In this document: in pieces, positions 12,306 to 25,406 of the stretch | Layout: each line of letters starts with the position of its first letter | How positions within the stretch are numbered: the stretch's first letter is position 1 | Source: Octopus bimaculoides | Taxonomy: Eukaryota | Assembly (NCBI RefSeq): GCF_001194135.2 | Contig: NC_069000.1 | Coordinates: 21,847,197 to 21,911,196 of the forward strand | Direction of reading: 5' to 3' | Length of the DNA: 64,000 bases | The notes under the pieces: model-generated | Databases searched by the model: none | Seen by the model: the letters and a program-made list of their open reading frames with translations, nothing else | What the model was told of the DNA's origin: nothing | Translations under genes and position numbers: made by a program

Positions 12306-13029
12306 ATTATAATAATTTAATTTTGGGACATGTTTAACTGTTGATAGTTATGCTTTATTAAGTCAACCCCAATATTTAATAATTGTTACTTTCAATTTCA
12401 ATAGACTGTGATAGTTTTGGAGGGAGGGCTTATAGTTGTTTACTTTGCCTCCAGTTTTTAACTTTCAGAATTCATAGATGAAATTACCTGTCAAGTTATT
12501 ATTATTTATTTATTTTTCTGTGTTTCTAGTTAGGATAACACCTCAACCTATCTTTCGTGTATATCACAAAGAATATGGTATTTGTTGAATGACACGGCGC
12601 CTAGGTATTTAAGGTTATCAAATGTTCTAAAGAATACTAAGTGCAATTTTCCACACAATGTAGCATAACTATCTTCTTGACAATAACCATGCCTACACTT
12701 ATATGTAAACATGGTAGTAAATTTATTACCTCAACTTAACAAATTTTACAAATGGAATGACGGACATTTTCCTCAATTTTCTGTGATAATATTTCCACTT
12801 CATAATGGGATATAATATTTCCACTTCAATAGCCACATCATTACAGTCAATCAATATTGCCATGTTAGTTACTCAAATTCTGTTGATTTAGAAAGGTAAC
12901 TATAGGTATTTTGCTTTCTCTTCATCTTTTTCTGTACTTTACCTCCCTGGCTCCACCCTAGTTACTTGTCTTAGAAACGCCTTAACCTTCTAGATTCATT
13001 CCCTGCCCACGTCATGTTTTTTTCCTGCA

Positions 13030-13443
13030 AGCACTATCTTTTATCTTTTACTTTTTTCAGTCATTGGATTACAGCCATACTGGGACACTGCTTTGAAGGG
13101 TTTAGTCAAACAAATCAAAACCAAATTATTAATTTTTTAAATCCTGGAACTTATTCTGTCAGTATTACTAGCCAAACTGCTAAATTACAGTGATGTAAAC
13201 ACACCAACAATGGTTATTAAGCAGTGGGGGACAAATGCAAAGACAGGTAGACATACACATACACACACACACACATTTATGATGCACTTCTTTTATTTTC
13301 CATCTACCAAATTCACTCACATGGCCTTGGTTGGCCTGGGGCTATAGTTGAAGAAACTTGAACTAGGTGCCATGCTGTGGGATTGAACACAAAATCATGT
13401 GGTTAGGAAGCAAACTTCTTACCACACAGCCACACCTGCACTT
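13030..13443 (-). mobile_element. SINE family A copy, near full length
   Basis: All family blocks are collinear with 25016-25406. Confidence 0.85.
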
Positions 13444-13886
13444 AGGTACTAACCTACATCAGCTTCATCAGTCTTACTAGTCTTGAAGGTCCTGACTGTT
13501 GCCTCCCTTCCATGACTAACATACTAACCAAAGAAAGAAAACTATTATTGCTGGCATTCTGCTGTGTTCTCTATATATACAAAACTAAGAAATTACTTAT
13601 CCAATCATTTGGGCATGCCGCCTGTAATACAGTAGTATCATCTAGAGAGGAATTTATTTCTCATCTTCATCTCTGTCTCTTGAAATCCTGTTTTGACTTA
13701 AAAAGCACTTAAATATTACATGTTCATTTTGTCAGGTAAAATTGTGTCTGGTTTGTTGTATAAGCCAATGATTAGTATACAATAATGATGTGTAACTTTT
13801 TCTCCTGGGGCTTATGATATTAATTTTATCACCTGTTACCCAATGCTGACTAAATAAAAACCAAAAGTCAGCACTCAAGTACAAAT

Positions 13887-14111
13887 TTAACCTTTTAGCA
13901 TTTATACTAGCCATGTTTGACTCGAAATTTTCTGCCTGTTTTATGTTCAGACCAGCCAGATCTGGCCTTTCACAACTGCCAGAAAATACCATTCTAAAAA
14001 TAAACCATCACTTGAAGCTGTGAGATAATGTGCCATTAATTCTAAACAATATGAATAAATAAATAAATAAATATTACATTTGACAAAGTAATCTGAATGT
14101 TAAGCAGTTAA
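13887..14111. mobile_element. piggyBac-type MITE (family G)
   Basis: TTAA-ccttttagcatt...aatgttaagcag-TTAA; internal sequence is the inverse of 46405-46611. Confidence 0.7.
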
Positions 14112-14392
14112 TTCAAACTATAAATAAATGCTTATGCAGCATATAGTATGCATATTCAAGTGCTTCCTTGTTCCTGGTGTCTTGAACTGTAGACTACATA
14201 ATTGATTTTCCTAAATATACAAATGTCACCGTGGTCCACTTCTGGGTCATATGACCCACATTGTGCATAACAATGAAGTGTTATAGGATCTTCGTATGGT
14301 CAGTTTAGAGGATAGTTGAAAGTGTCTGTGGATATTACTGAACTCTAACCCTTAAGATGCTGACTGTGATTAGGCAGTTATGAGTGCAGACA

Positions 14393-14690
14393 CATCATCA
14401 TCATCATTTAACGTCCGCTTTCCATGCTGGCATGGGTTGGACGGTTTATCGGAGGACTGGCAAGCCAGAAGGCTGCACCAGGCTCCAATCTCGTCTGGCA
14501 GGTTTCTACAGCTGGATGCCCTTCCTAACACCAACCACTTTGAGAGTGTAGTGGGTGCCTTTTACATGCCACCGACATGGAAGCCAGTCAGGCAGCACTG
14601 GTGTTAACTACGCTCGAATGGTGTTTTTTACGTGCCACCAATACTGGAGCCAGTCAGGTGGCACTGGCATCAACCATGCTCTGACTTAAC
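14393..14690 (-). mobile_element. Repeat family D (RTE-type 3' tail ending in (GAT)n)
   Basis: catcatcatcatttaacgtccgctttccatgctggcatgggttggacgg...ggatgcccttcctaacaccaacc. Confidence 0.8.
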
Positions 14691-15194
14691 TTTGTGAGGC
14701 AAGGTTGTAAATATGAGGTAGGGAATCTGAAAGGAGCTAATTTATATAGGGTGGGGGTGGGGGAAGTGGAAGGAATATCCTCGTGTTGGCCAAAGAACGC
14801 ACACACACACATACAAATATGTGCTCCCTACTTTTTCTCACTCTCTTACATACACACATGCATACATACATGTGCACACGTATATATGATTGTGTTGTAG
14901 ATTTAACTGTTTTTTAAGATTTACTCATATTTTCTGTTAAGTTCTTTGTAGTTTCCAAATCAAATTGTAAAGAACCAAAAGGAATTGTGGTAAACAAAAA
15001 TTCATAATGAAGAAGTGTAGGCATGGTTATGTGGTAAGAAGTTTGTGTCCCGGTTACATGATTTCAGGTTAAGTCCTACTGAATGGCACCTTAGGCAAGT
15101 ACCTTCTACTATAGTTTATCCAACTTATGCCAGCATCAAAAGTAGATGTAAAAGGATGATTATATTGATGGTAATATATTGATTAGGGAAAGGG

Positions 15195-15377
15195 CAACAA
15201 GTTGGCAGAATCATTACCACATGAGGAAAAATGCTAAGCTTCGTGTCTTCTGACTTTGGGATCTGAGATCAAATGCCGTCAGGGTCAATAAAATACCAGT
15301 TGACCACTGGGGTTGATGTAATCAACTTAGCCACTTCACTTGAACTTGCTGGTTTTGTCCCAAAATTTGAAACCAAT
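15195..15377 (+). mobile_element. SINE family C1 copy, internally deleted
   Basis: Head gttggcagaatcatt and tail ttgtcccaaaatttgaaaccaat. Confidence 0.7.
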
Positions 15378-15757
15378 ATATCTAGTAGGGCAGAGAGTAC
15401 CTTTTGGTCTTTCTGGGTGTAAGACAAACTATTTTGTGTTGCTGCTGCAATAAATGGCTCTGCTGCACTTTAAATCAATTGGTGGTAAGAAAGGTATCTC
15501 CTTAGATGTCATACCGAAAATTAGGCACATGATTAAGATGTGGTCTCTGATCTGCATAGGATCTTCAGGCTGTGTTAACTGAGCCAACTCTTGTCAGCAT
15601 GGATAAGTGGGGCTCAAATGATGATGGTAATGATGAGGATGTAAATGCTTTGTTCATATGTACAACTACATAAGTAACTATATACGACTGTGTCTATGTT
15701 TGTAGGTTTGCAAATGCCTTGTTCCTCCGAACACATAACAGTAGTAGTAGTAGTAGT

Positions 15758-15965
15758 CTTTTCTACTAAAGGCACAAGGCCTGAAATTTGGGGAAGGCGG
15801 GATAGTTGATTACATCGAACCTAACTGGTATTTATTTTATTGACCCTGGAAGGATGAAAGGCAAAGTTGACATTGGTGGAATTTGAGCTCAGAATGTAAT
15901 GATGGACAAAAAGCTGCTGAGCAGTTTGCCTGGGATGCTAACGATTCTGCCAGCTTGCTACTTTA
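15758..15965 (-). mobile_element. SINE family C1 copy
   Basis: Family core and head present. Confidence 0.85.
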
Positions 15966-16009
15966 ATAATACTAATAATGGTGATGATAATAGATTCCTC
16001 CCTTCAAAG

Positions 16010-16282
16010 ACGATGTATGAACATTCAACTTTTGTTGAATGACCTGCACAAATGATTTGTTGATTGTGATCAAATGTATGTGCCACACATTAACTCACTC
16101 TCTCCATCAAATCGACATTGTCTGAACAAGTGCACAGTGTGCCATGCGTCATGTGTTGAACTGATTGCAGATCAATGTGAGATGAAGTGTTAAGAACACA
16201 ATGCACCACCTGGTTTAGGAATTGAAATCATGACTGCTAGATCGTGACTGCAACACCCTACCTACTAAGTCATGTACCCTCA
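16010..16282 (-). mobile_element. SINE family E copy, degenerate
   Basis: gtgagatgaagtgttaagaacacaatgc...caacaccctacctactaag head. Confidence 0.55.
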
Positions 16283-16649
16283 ATAATAATGCTGATAATT
16301 ATAATAAATAATAATAATAATAACCTTTCATCATTAACTTTTCATCTTTTCAGGGTTGGTAAAATAAAGCACTGCTGAAGAACCAATGTTGATTTGATCT
16401 ATTCTTGTACCTATGTTAGAAATTACAGTTGTTATTATTTGGGGTTGGTAGATTGCAGGAATGCTAGAACCCTGGGTTAAATGACTTATATGTTCTGTGT
16501 TCAGAATGGACCATAGTGAATATTTTCAAAATAAGTACTTATAATGAATAACAGTTGATTCAGTAATACTCTTCCTCTACAAATATATAGCATTAAGTAC
16601 AAATATACAACATTAAGTATTGTGGAGCCAACTAGGCTGTCTTTATGCA

Positions 16650-16815
16650 GTCAGTCTCAGAAATAGCAACATTTTGTTTTTTCTCCTCAAACGACCAGTT
16701 AAGAGAGGAACAACACATTGAACAGTGTAGTCCTAGATAAATTATGTGAGAGGAAGATGAGATGGTCATGGCTAGAACATCATTGATCAGGGCTGGCCTG
16801 TGACTGAGCAACATT
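16650..16815 (+). repeat. Dispersed repeat family F
   Basis: gaaatagcaac...cacattgaacagtgtagtcctagata...gatggtcatggctagaa; similar copies near 22785, 27195, 29770, 34370 (minus), 49575 (minus), 57160 and 62040. Confidence 0.6.
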
Positions 16816-17633
16816 ATAATTATTGTTTGAATAGTTTTGCTTTAATCATGCAGTCAAACTTTCTGCATATTCAGCTGCCTCAGCCTAACAGTCAATATCC
16901 TCCAATACCTTCCTTACTGTTTCATCATGGGAACCACATAATTGAAGTTCCAAACCATTAGCCAACATGTCTTGCAATAAAAAAAATCTTGCTGCAGTTA
17001 GAATGTTCAGTCATGCTGGTATCTGGCCCAAATTTTACCTACTGGACATTTTTACAGTTTCATTTAATGTTACATGCTAGAGTTGCTGCTTTGTATTCGA
17101 GTGTTCACTTTTATGTTACAAGTCTGTTACACAGAGCTAACCCATTGTGTTTTATTTACATACCAGAGATGTTTGATCTGTGATTTGTTGTTTCACTATT
17201 TGAGTGTTGACTTCTGCTGGGCAAATCTGCTCAAAGAGAGTTAGCCAAGGACATTTACACACCAATAGCAACACAGAGAAATCTATTTATCAATTTGCTC
17301 TTATTTTGATACTCCATTTGCTAAATGTCTTCTTTTTTGTTTTATTCTTTTTCTGCTGTCCAATAATTTGAACACTGAGAGATAAAAGTGTTGCTAGGAC
17401 ACAGCATGGTATCACTATCATAGCTGTAAAGGCAGACCATACAGATGAGGATGCTGCCAGGATACAACATATCGATCCTTACTCCATATATCATAAAGTT
17501 TCTAAAGTATCACATTTTCCTCATCCTTTCCTCCTGTGTCGATCAAAGATTTAACTACATGGTCACCACCATATGCTGGGGAAAAAAACAAACTTTAGCT
17601 AACCTGAATATTGAAGCCTCTATTGATATTCAG

Positions 17634-17825
17634 TCATTGACACCCAGGGATTTCTTAAGGGTGTCCCTGTACTTATTTGGTGCTCCTCTATCATGGTAAC
17701 CAGAGAAGAGTTTGCCATGCAGTGTGATCTTGGGATGTCAATGATCATCCTCCATTCTGCTGATTTGTCATGCTCAATTTTGCTGTGTCTTCAACAGAGT
17801 TGCTTTGATACTGGTGGCCTCCACT
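17634..17825 (-). pseudogene. RTE LINE ORF C-terminal fossil
   Basis: Reads TSIKATLLKTQ...ISRMED..PKITLHGKLFSGYHDRGAP.KYRDTLKKSL across frameshifts; matches the RTE consensus RM.D.RLPK..LYGEL..G.R.RG.P...YKD.LK. Confidence 0.75.
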
Positions 17826-17879
17826 TTCTATAGGACCTCAACGTTAGTGATAAAGCCACACTAGTGGATGATGCAAAGG

Positions 17880-17960
17880 CAATTCAAACATTCATTTAAC
17901 ATATTCACATTCGTCTCTATGATCTCTTTCCATCTGTCAATGACCTTTTTAATGCCTCAC
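17880..17960 (-). mobile_element. Short mariner fragment related to 19400-20682
   Basis: tctctatgatctctttccatctgtcaatgacctttttaatgcc is nearly identical to 19500-19545 (GIKKVIDRW). Confidence 0.7.
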
Positions 17961-18260
17961 ACACCTGGGGGTATTTTGTGGTGTGTGTATGGATGGTGAG
18001 AATTTAGAACATTGGAATGATTATGTTCTAGTCTGGTTTGAGAATGCACCACCTTCCCATTCTGTTACACCCCAGGATTTTCTTTATTGTATGCACAAAG
18101 TTGATGGCAGGGGCTGTAGTGGAAGCAAGGGAAAGTAAATTGAATAATTAACCTTGGCTCGGTGTAATTCTTCAGGGTTTATATGGTGGTAGTGGCAGCA
18201 GTGGCTAGCTACCGTTGCTAGGTCAGTCAAAAACTACAACCAATGACTACAAAACACATA

Positions 18261-18296
<36 letters not shown>

Positions 18297-18695
18297 GGCT
18301 CTTTCTCTCCTTCTCATATATACAACCTGTAGAAACTTCATACCTGTGTATATGAACTTCTATACAACTTTTTTTTTACATTTCACGCTTTTATACATTT
18401 TACATGCTCTTTTCTCTTTCCCTATCTTTCACTTTCTATTTCTCTTTTCTTCTCATTATACTCAATTTTTATTTTCACTCCTTCTCTCTCATTGTAATGA
18501 AAATTCTGTAATAAAGATGTAGAACAGAACAAGGTTTTTTCTGGTTATGATTCAGCATGAAGACAGTCAACACTGTGTTCATGATGAGTGTGTGTTTATC
18601 GCTTTCTTTGATGTGTGTATTTCTGTAGAATTTTTTCATCTGTCTTTTTCTGTAATGCATTTGTGCATTCCAGTATCTTTCTCTCTCTCATATAT

Positions 18696-18775
18696 NNNNN
18701 NNNNNNNNNNNNNNNNNNNNNNNNNNNNNNNNNNNNNNNNNNNNNNNNNNNNNNNNNNNNNNNNNNNNNNNNNNN
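18696..18775. other. Assembly gap in (TA)n
   Basis: N run. Confidence 0.99.
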
Positions 18776-19289
18776 TATATATATAAAGCTTGTGCATACC
18801 TGTCTCTTTCATGAAGCACAATGTGATTTTCTTTCTATCCACTGATCCACTTGCTGCTGACCTTCTATAGTCAAATCCCAGTACACTACTGCAACGTGAT
18901 GTTTTGCATTCCTTGAACGTGCTCTGTAAATGGTGAGGGCTGGACACTCTCTTGTTTCTATCCCATCATAATATCCTCATAATTGACATTATATCAAACT
19001 CTTTTTCTTGCCCCTACATTTTGACATCCTTACATTCATATTTAACTTCTGCTTGTTGTAACAGAGCTTCAAAGATTCTGCAAAGTCTGTGGCATTTCTG
19101 ATAGTTACCTGAAGATTTTGTTTTGTTTTCATTGTAGCCTATCCCGTTTTCCTTAGCATTTGCCACACATCCATAGAAAGGCATTCATTCTGTCGTTCTG
19201 GTACAATAACTCAATATGTTGTCACTTTGTCTTACTGACATTACAGATGTTGACTGAAATCAGTTGTTAATTTTATAGGTGTTTATCAC

Positions 19290-19399
19290 TAACTACACCA
19301 GTGAACATTATGTTTCAGTGAAGTCTACCACTCTTCACTGATACTACAGTGAACTATATCACCCTGCACTAATGCTACAGACTATACCACTCTGTACTA
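19290..19399. repeat. About 31-bp degenerate minisatellite, left part
   Basis: Unit approx. cagtgaactataccactctgtactaatgcta; cag(tgaa) recurs at 19316, 19347 and 19378. Confidence 0.7.
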
Positions 19400-20682
19400 T
19401 CAAGTTGTAATGAAAGTTCTGACTGTTTCTTAAGGCTCCATAAGACAATAAAAAAAAAAACTATCTGATTTATTTAATCATTAATATAGTCACCATTCTT
19501 CTCTATGATCTTTTCCCATCTGTCGATGACCTTTTTAATGCCACATTCAAAAAATTCCTTAGGTTCAGAAGTGAAAAAGAAAATTAACTCATTTTACACT
19601 TCTGCTCTTGAAGCCAATCTTAATCCACTCAATGATTTTGTAGTAAAGAGATGTTAATCTGTAGGTGCAAGTTCTGGAGAATATAGTAGGTGATGCATAA
19701 TTTTCTAGGCATATTTTTCTAGGAGATCTTTGGCACTTTTATGCAGTGTATGGTCTAGCATTATGATGGAAGATGGTTCCTTTTCTGCTTCTTAATGATG
19801 GACATTTTTGCTGCAGAGCTGCTTTTTGATGTGTTACCTGTTGGCAGTATACATCAGCTGTTATTGTTTGATTATTGTCTAGCAGCTCTTGATTAATTAT
19901 CCCACATAAGTCTAGCTGTACACTCAGAAGAATCTTCCTTGGATGCTGGCTATTTCTGGGCTGCTGAGCTGGCTCTTGACCATGACTGAGCCACAGACAT
20001 TTTCACTTAACATTATGGTAGTGTATCCATTTTTCATCTCCTGTAATGACTCTATTCAAAAAAGATATTTGTGGCTCACAAAATTGCACTGATGTGTAGC
20101 AGTCAACATGTTTGTGATTATTAGCAGAGAGATCATGCAGGGACCCATTTTCCAACCTTTGACACTTTACCAAACCCTTTCAATTCACAATGAATGGGGT
20201 TTTCACTCACATTGAAACCCATGGTTAGTTCCTGAGCTGTAGCAGTCAGGTTTGCTTCAATAGTGCATCTGGATCTAACCCTCTTGGATGCTCTTCTCTT
20301 GATTCATGCTGCAGGCTGTAGTCGCCATTTCTGAATTGTGAAGACCATCTTCTGCATGTTCTTCCAGTCACTTTGCCATCTCCACAAATGTTTCAGAGTA
20401 ATTTTGCTATCACACTTGCACTGTCCCCTTTTTGAAATTCCTAAAGAATAACATGATGAATATATTCTTTGTTTGGAATGAACATGGGGCCAATACAGCA
20501 ACTTCAGTTATGATAAAATTGACAAAATCTGAAAGAAAATTATATACTATTGATTTTGCCCTATTTCATATAGAAAAATAGAATTGAGAAGTTAAATACC
20601 TTTAAATCTAACTAGATGGTTACTTTAAAATAAATTTTTTTAAAAATAAAACGAAGCAGTCAGAACTTTCATCACAACCTGA
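19400..20682 (-). mobile_element. Full-length decayed mariner transposon (mariner-2)
   Basis: TIRs tcaagttgtaatgaaagttctgactg / cagtcagaactttcatcacaacctga, with TA on both sides. Broken ORF 20485->19474 carries LNRVITGDEKWIHY, IFHHNARP, YSPELAPTD*HLF, GIKKVIDRWEKIIEKNGDY. Confidence 0.92.
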
Positions 20683-20775
20683 TACTACTACAGTGAACTA
20701 TACCACATTGTACTAAAGTTACAGTGAAGTATACTACTCTGTATTATTATAGCTTGCAGTGAAGTAGACTGCATT
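20683..20775. repeat. About 31-bp degenerate minisatellite, right part
   Basis: cagtgaa recurs at 20691, 20722 and 20757. Confidence 0.7.
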
Positions 20776-21378
20776 GTTGTGATGTATCTTCTTCATACTT
20801 GCTTTAATGAAATGACAGTGCTTAATACATGACTTTCTCATTTTTGACTAGTTGACACTATAACAATGACTCATAAAAGGGGGAAAAAACTTAGATAAGA
20901 CCTTCCCCCTTTCCTGAAAACTTAATGTATCAGCACTTACATTTTGGAGCATTGGTTTAGAAGTTTGCTTTGCAAATATGCAGGCCAGAGTCCAACTGTG
21001 CATTGCATTGGGGAAGTGTCTTTTACCAAAGCCTCAGGTCAGAATTTTGAGTGAAATTAGAGAGACCAAAAACTGGAAGATTGTGAAGTGAACTGTACCT
21101 AATCTTGGATTAATCCCTCACTCAGTTGAACCTCACTATTTCTTTCTTGGGCTTTTTTTAGCAAGGTTCACTTATGGTAAGTATTCGAAACAAGTGTTCA
21201 ATCTAAATAAAACTTGATATCTTGATATACTCTTTCTTCCTGTAGTAATCTATGAGTGGGAGAGGGAATCCTTTTCTTCCCCAGCAGTAACTGATACCCT
21301 ACAAAAAACATGGGTGCTTTCTTTCTGAAGCCCTTAAAATAATTTAAATATAATTTTCCAGTATATAGTCAGGCATAG

Positions 21379-21780
21379 TATAGGTGCAGGTGTGGCTGTG
21401 TGGGAAGAAGTTTGCTTCCCAACCACATGATTCTGGGTTCAGTCCCACTGTGTGGAACTTTGGGTAAGTGTCTTCTACTATAGTCCCGGATTGACAAAAG
21501 ACTCATAAGTAGATTAGGTAAACAGAAACTGAAAGAAGCCCATCAAATACATGTGTGTGTGTATGTATCTGTGTATGCAAGTATCTGTGTTTGATCCCAC
21601 CACTGCTTGTGTATTGGTTTTAGTTTGTTTACATCTTCATAACTTTGAGTTTCTGCAAAAGAGACTGATGGAATAAGTACCAGGTTTTAAAAAATAAGTA
21701 CTTGGGTTAATTTGTTCAACTAAAGACACTGCAAGCTGATGCCCCATCATGATTGCAGTCTAGTGGCTGAAACAAGAGAT
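21379..21780 (+). mobile_element. SINE family A copy
   Basis: Head taggtgcaggtgtggctgtgtgggaag through tail gtggctgaaacaag. Confidence 0.85.
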
Positions 21781-22998
21781 AAAGCACGCTTTGAACCTTC
21801 ACAGACTTTGTTGGAAGGAATCCCATTTTGTATTAACAACGCCAAATCATACATTCAAAATAAATGGAAGTGGAGAGACAAGTTACTGAAGAGATTGCAA
21901 GAGTGCAATGAAATAATTTAACAAAAAACTATATAAATTAATAAAGGACTGAACCAGTGCATGTGTTTATTACCGGCATAATGTCTCTCCCAAGGTTTAA
22001 TTGTATTTCTTTCAACACACGTATCCACATCAAGAATCTTGCACACAAAATACACATACGAAATAAAATTTAAACCTTGGTGACAATCTTTACAATTGTA
22101 ACAGTGGTCAAATCTTATGCATAAATTTACTCAAAATACCAAAATTTTCTGTAAATATTTTCCAAACTTATCTGAGCCATTTTATTCATTAGATTCACAA
22201 CAATGAGGTTGGTTAGCTTCAAAATAAAGAAGTTGTTGAAGAGAAAGGATCTAAGACAAGATAATGACTAACTAAAGCCCTCCAACTCACACTCAAAATC
22301 ACTATAGTTTTAGTTGGTAAATAATAGACAACTGCTATGATTGTTTGAGGAATGCAATTACAATTCACGAGTGGTGGAGGTGGTGGTGGTGATGTTGACA
22401 TTTATGACTCTTTTAATATTGTTTCAACAAAATCTGTTGTCCTTCTTTTTTCCTTTTCTATTTCACACTGAAATCTGTCATTCTTTTGTAAGCAACTTAA
22501 CCTAATTCTGTTCTTTCCAATGTCTAGTCCTCTCCACTAACCATTGACGTGTGCTACTAAAAATAAGTTGTTTATTCATCAACATCATCAGTTTTCCAAC
22601 GTTAGCTTAGAAGTTTGGAATGTTCTGCAATATGTGTCTTTATGTGTTGTAATTCTGAATTACTTCTACTACTAAGGCCCAACATGCTCGGATATGCCCA
22701 AATCACTTCTCAAAATCATTCTTGGTATACCTCTGTCCACAGTTAGCTTCCACCAACATCACAACATCTATTTACCCATGAGCCAATGAGTGAGCCTCTG
22801 TGCAGTTTACTCAAACTGTTGGAAGGAAATATCCAAAATACCCTCAAACCACACCTACCACCTTCAAAAGAGAGGAACACATTGCATAATTTAGTCCTAA
22901 ATGCTTTCTCTGGAAAAAGATGGTAAAGCCAGAACTGAAATACTTTTGATCATATGTCTACTCCTTCAGGTCTAACCTGGCATTCATCAACAGCTTGT

Positions 22999-23064
22999 TC
23001 ACCTGCTCTCATTTTGCATCACCTGCTCTCTTGCATCACCTGCTCTCTTGCATCACCTGCTGTC
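22999..23064. repeat. 17-bp tandem repeat (tcacctgctctcttgca), about 4 copies
   Basis: Unit starts at 22999, 23019, 23036 and 23053. Confidence 0.85.
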
Positions 23065-23559
23065 ATTGTGGCATACATCTTCCAATGTTTATGAAACCAG
23101 GTCACATAAAATCTGGTGTAACCCTCTGGCTCACCTGTTCTTGTCAAACCATCCAACCCATGCCAGCTTGGAAAAGGGGATGTTAAATGACGATGATTTT
23201 GTGACCACTAGCATCATTGATTACAGTTCACCAATTGGTATATCACTATTTCCGTTTATATTTGTGCACCATTTGACTTATCTCACTAATGTTTATATCT
23301 TTCACCAGTATATATTGGCATTAAAATGCTTGTACACACATAGCTTTATTAACAAAATTAACCTTCTACTTTTATACTTTGTTTTCAGATAGTTCTCTTA
23401 ATTATTGAAAGAAATATATACCTATTTAAAACACAGTAGGTTAACAGTGCTCTTACATATAAAACCCTTTACACAAAATTATATGTAATTAATAAAAACA
23501 TCAAGGCACATACATTGCTTTGTGGTAAAAAGTTTACTTCTCAAGAACATGGTTTCAAG

Positions 23560-24670
23560 TTCAAAAATGGTTGTAGTAAAGTCTCTTCTTCTCTCTGGAC
23601 TAGACATCTATGTTTCCATTAACTCCTTAAGGTTATAAGAGAGGTTCTTGTTAGCATGCAATAAATCCTGAGTATCACTTGCATCAACTTCTTCAAATCC
23701 CACTTCCTGCACTACTAGTACTACAAGGCTATTGCTGACTAACAGTATTCCATCTGCTTTCCTATAGCCCATCTTAACTACATTTGAACACAGTTCTTTT
23801 TCCTAACCCCAGTGAAACATGTATGTTTACCTTCTCAGACATGTTTGATTAAAAATTTTTTTTTTATTGCTTGTATAATGTAATTTTTCCAAAGTTCTTT
23901 GATGGGCTGCTGGTTAGCATCAGTTGATTTAAAGTTTTCAGATAATACACCTTGTAAACAAAAATATCATCCTGGTCCATAGGCCGAAGTTGTCTTTGGT
24001 GGTTTGTGTATACCCACTTGGAGTAAATTGAGAATTGATTTACTAGGAATGTTATCCCAAAAGCAGAAGTACTCCATACTCTAAATTATTTTTCTCACAG
24101 TTACGTTTAACAACAGAGACTGAAATGTTCAAGACACCATCCAGTAAACAAATATTATGTAATTTAAGCTTTTCTGTTAGATTTCTGCTTAACAGGCAGA
24201 TTAGATTTGGAAATTCTTTTATTGTTCATGGAGTATCAGAAAGTTAAACGGGCTGTGGCTTAAATTTTGAATCTCCAGTGGCATTTACTTCCTACTATAT
24301 GATGCAATATTTTGCTGCACCATTTTTTTCTTTCTTTGAGATAAAAGTTAAAGATAAAATAGCCCACACTTGTATGCATTAACAACTAAACTTGGTGTAT
24401 GTTTATCTCTTTCTGTCAATTGCACTGGAACATCTCACGCAGCCTTGATGTCAGCACATTGCTGATTTCTCAGTTTATCTGAATGCTACGAAGATTAGAT
24501 CATGTTTGAATTTTTCAATTCTTCCACTTGAAGCAACAAATAATTAACTTGCTCAGCTTATTTCAGCTGATTAAATTTAACATCTTTTGCTGGATAATGG
24601 CTTCAAAAGTGGCAAGCAACATAATGACATATCCACAGAAACACTTAACAATTCTCTATATTTACCATGG
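23560..24670 (-). pseudogene. pogo/Tigger transposase fossil (CENP-B HTH and DDE_1 regions)
   Basis: Fragments across frameshifts: ASSGRIEKFK, ADIKAA, VNAYKCGLF, NATGDSKFKP, NLPV, PKTTS..PMDQD, ELWKNY, GFEEVDASDTQDLLH. These are collinear with Tigger-like transposases. Confidence 0.7.
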
Positions 24671-24682
24671 TTTTGCAGCATA

Positions 24683-24946
24683 TCTTTTGTTTTTTACTTG
24701 CTACAGTCATTTGACTGTAGCCATGCTGGAGCAGTACCTTGAATGGTTGTAGTTGAACAAATCGACCCTGGTACTAATTTTTGAAAGCTTAATACTTATT
24801 TTATTGATCTCTTTTGCTGAACCATGAGACTTCAGTTGGCCCGAGGCTACAGTAGAAGACACTTGCCCAAGGTGCCATGCAGTGGGACTGAGCATGGAAC
24901 CATATGATTGGGAAGCAAGCTTTTTACCATACAGCTGTGCCTGTAC
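24683..24946 (-). mobile_element. SINE family A copy, internally deleted, nested in the Tigger fossil
   Basis: Tail cagtcatttgactgtagccatgctggagc and head gacacttgcccaaggtgccatgcagtgggactga. Confidence 0.85.
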
Positions 24947-25015
24947 ATGTTAGTTTAAAAGCATGATACTCACCACAGGTTTCCATGACAACTTTTTTGT
25001 CAAATTGATTCATAA

Positions 25016-25406
25016 TAGGCGTAGGAGTGGCTGTGTGGTAAGTAGCTTGCTTACCAACCACATGGTTCCGGGTTCAGTGCCCACTGTGTCCCACTGTGTG
25101 GCACTTTGGGCAAGTGTCTTCTACTATAGCCTTGGGCCGACCAAAGCCTTGTGAGTGGATTTGGTAGACGGAAACTGAAAGAAGCCCGTCGTATATATGT
25201 ATATATATATGTATGTGTGTATATGTTGTGTATCTGTGTCTGTCCCCACAACATTGCTTGACAACCGATGCTGGTGTGTTTAGGTCCCCGTAACTTAGTG
25301 GTTCGGCAAAAAGAGACCGATAGAATAAGTCCTGGGGTCGATTTGATTCGACTAAAGGTGGTGCTCCAGCATGGCCGCAGTCAAATGACTGAAACAAGTA
25401 AAAGAG
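25016..25406 (+). mobile_element. SINE family A, young full-length reference copy
   Basis: taggcgtaggagtggctgtgtggtaag...ggttccgggttcagt head, CORE-like ttgggcaagtgtcttctac block, CpGs retained, tail gactgaaacaagtaaaaga. Confidence 0.92.

Noticed and set aside
21739-21960. Protein-like peptide QNKWKWRDKLLKRLQECNEII
   Set aside because: The ORF start lies in a SINE tail, there are no splice signals and I recognise no family; it cannot be supported.
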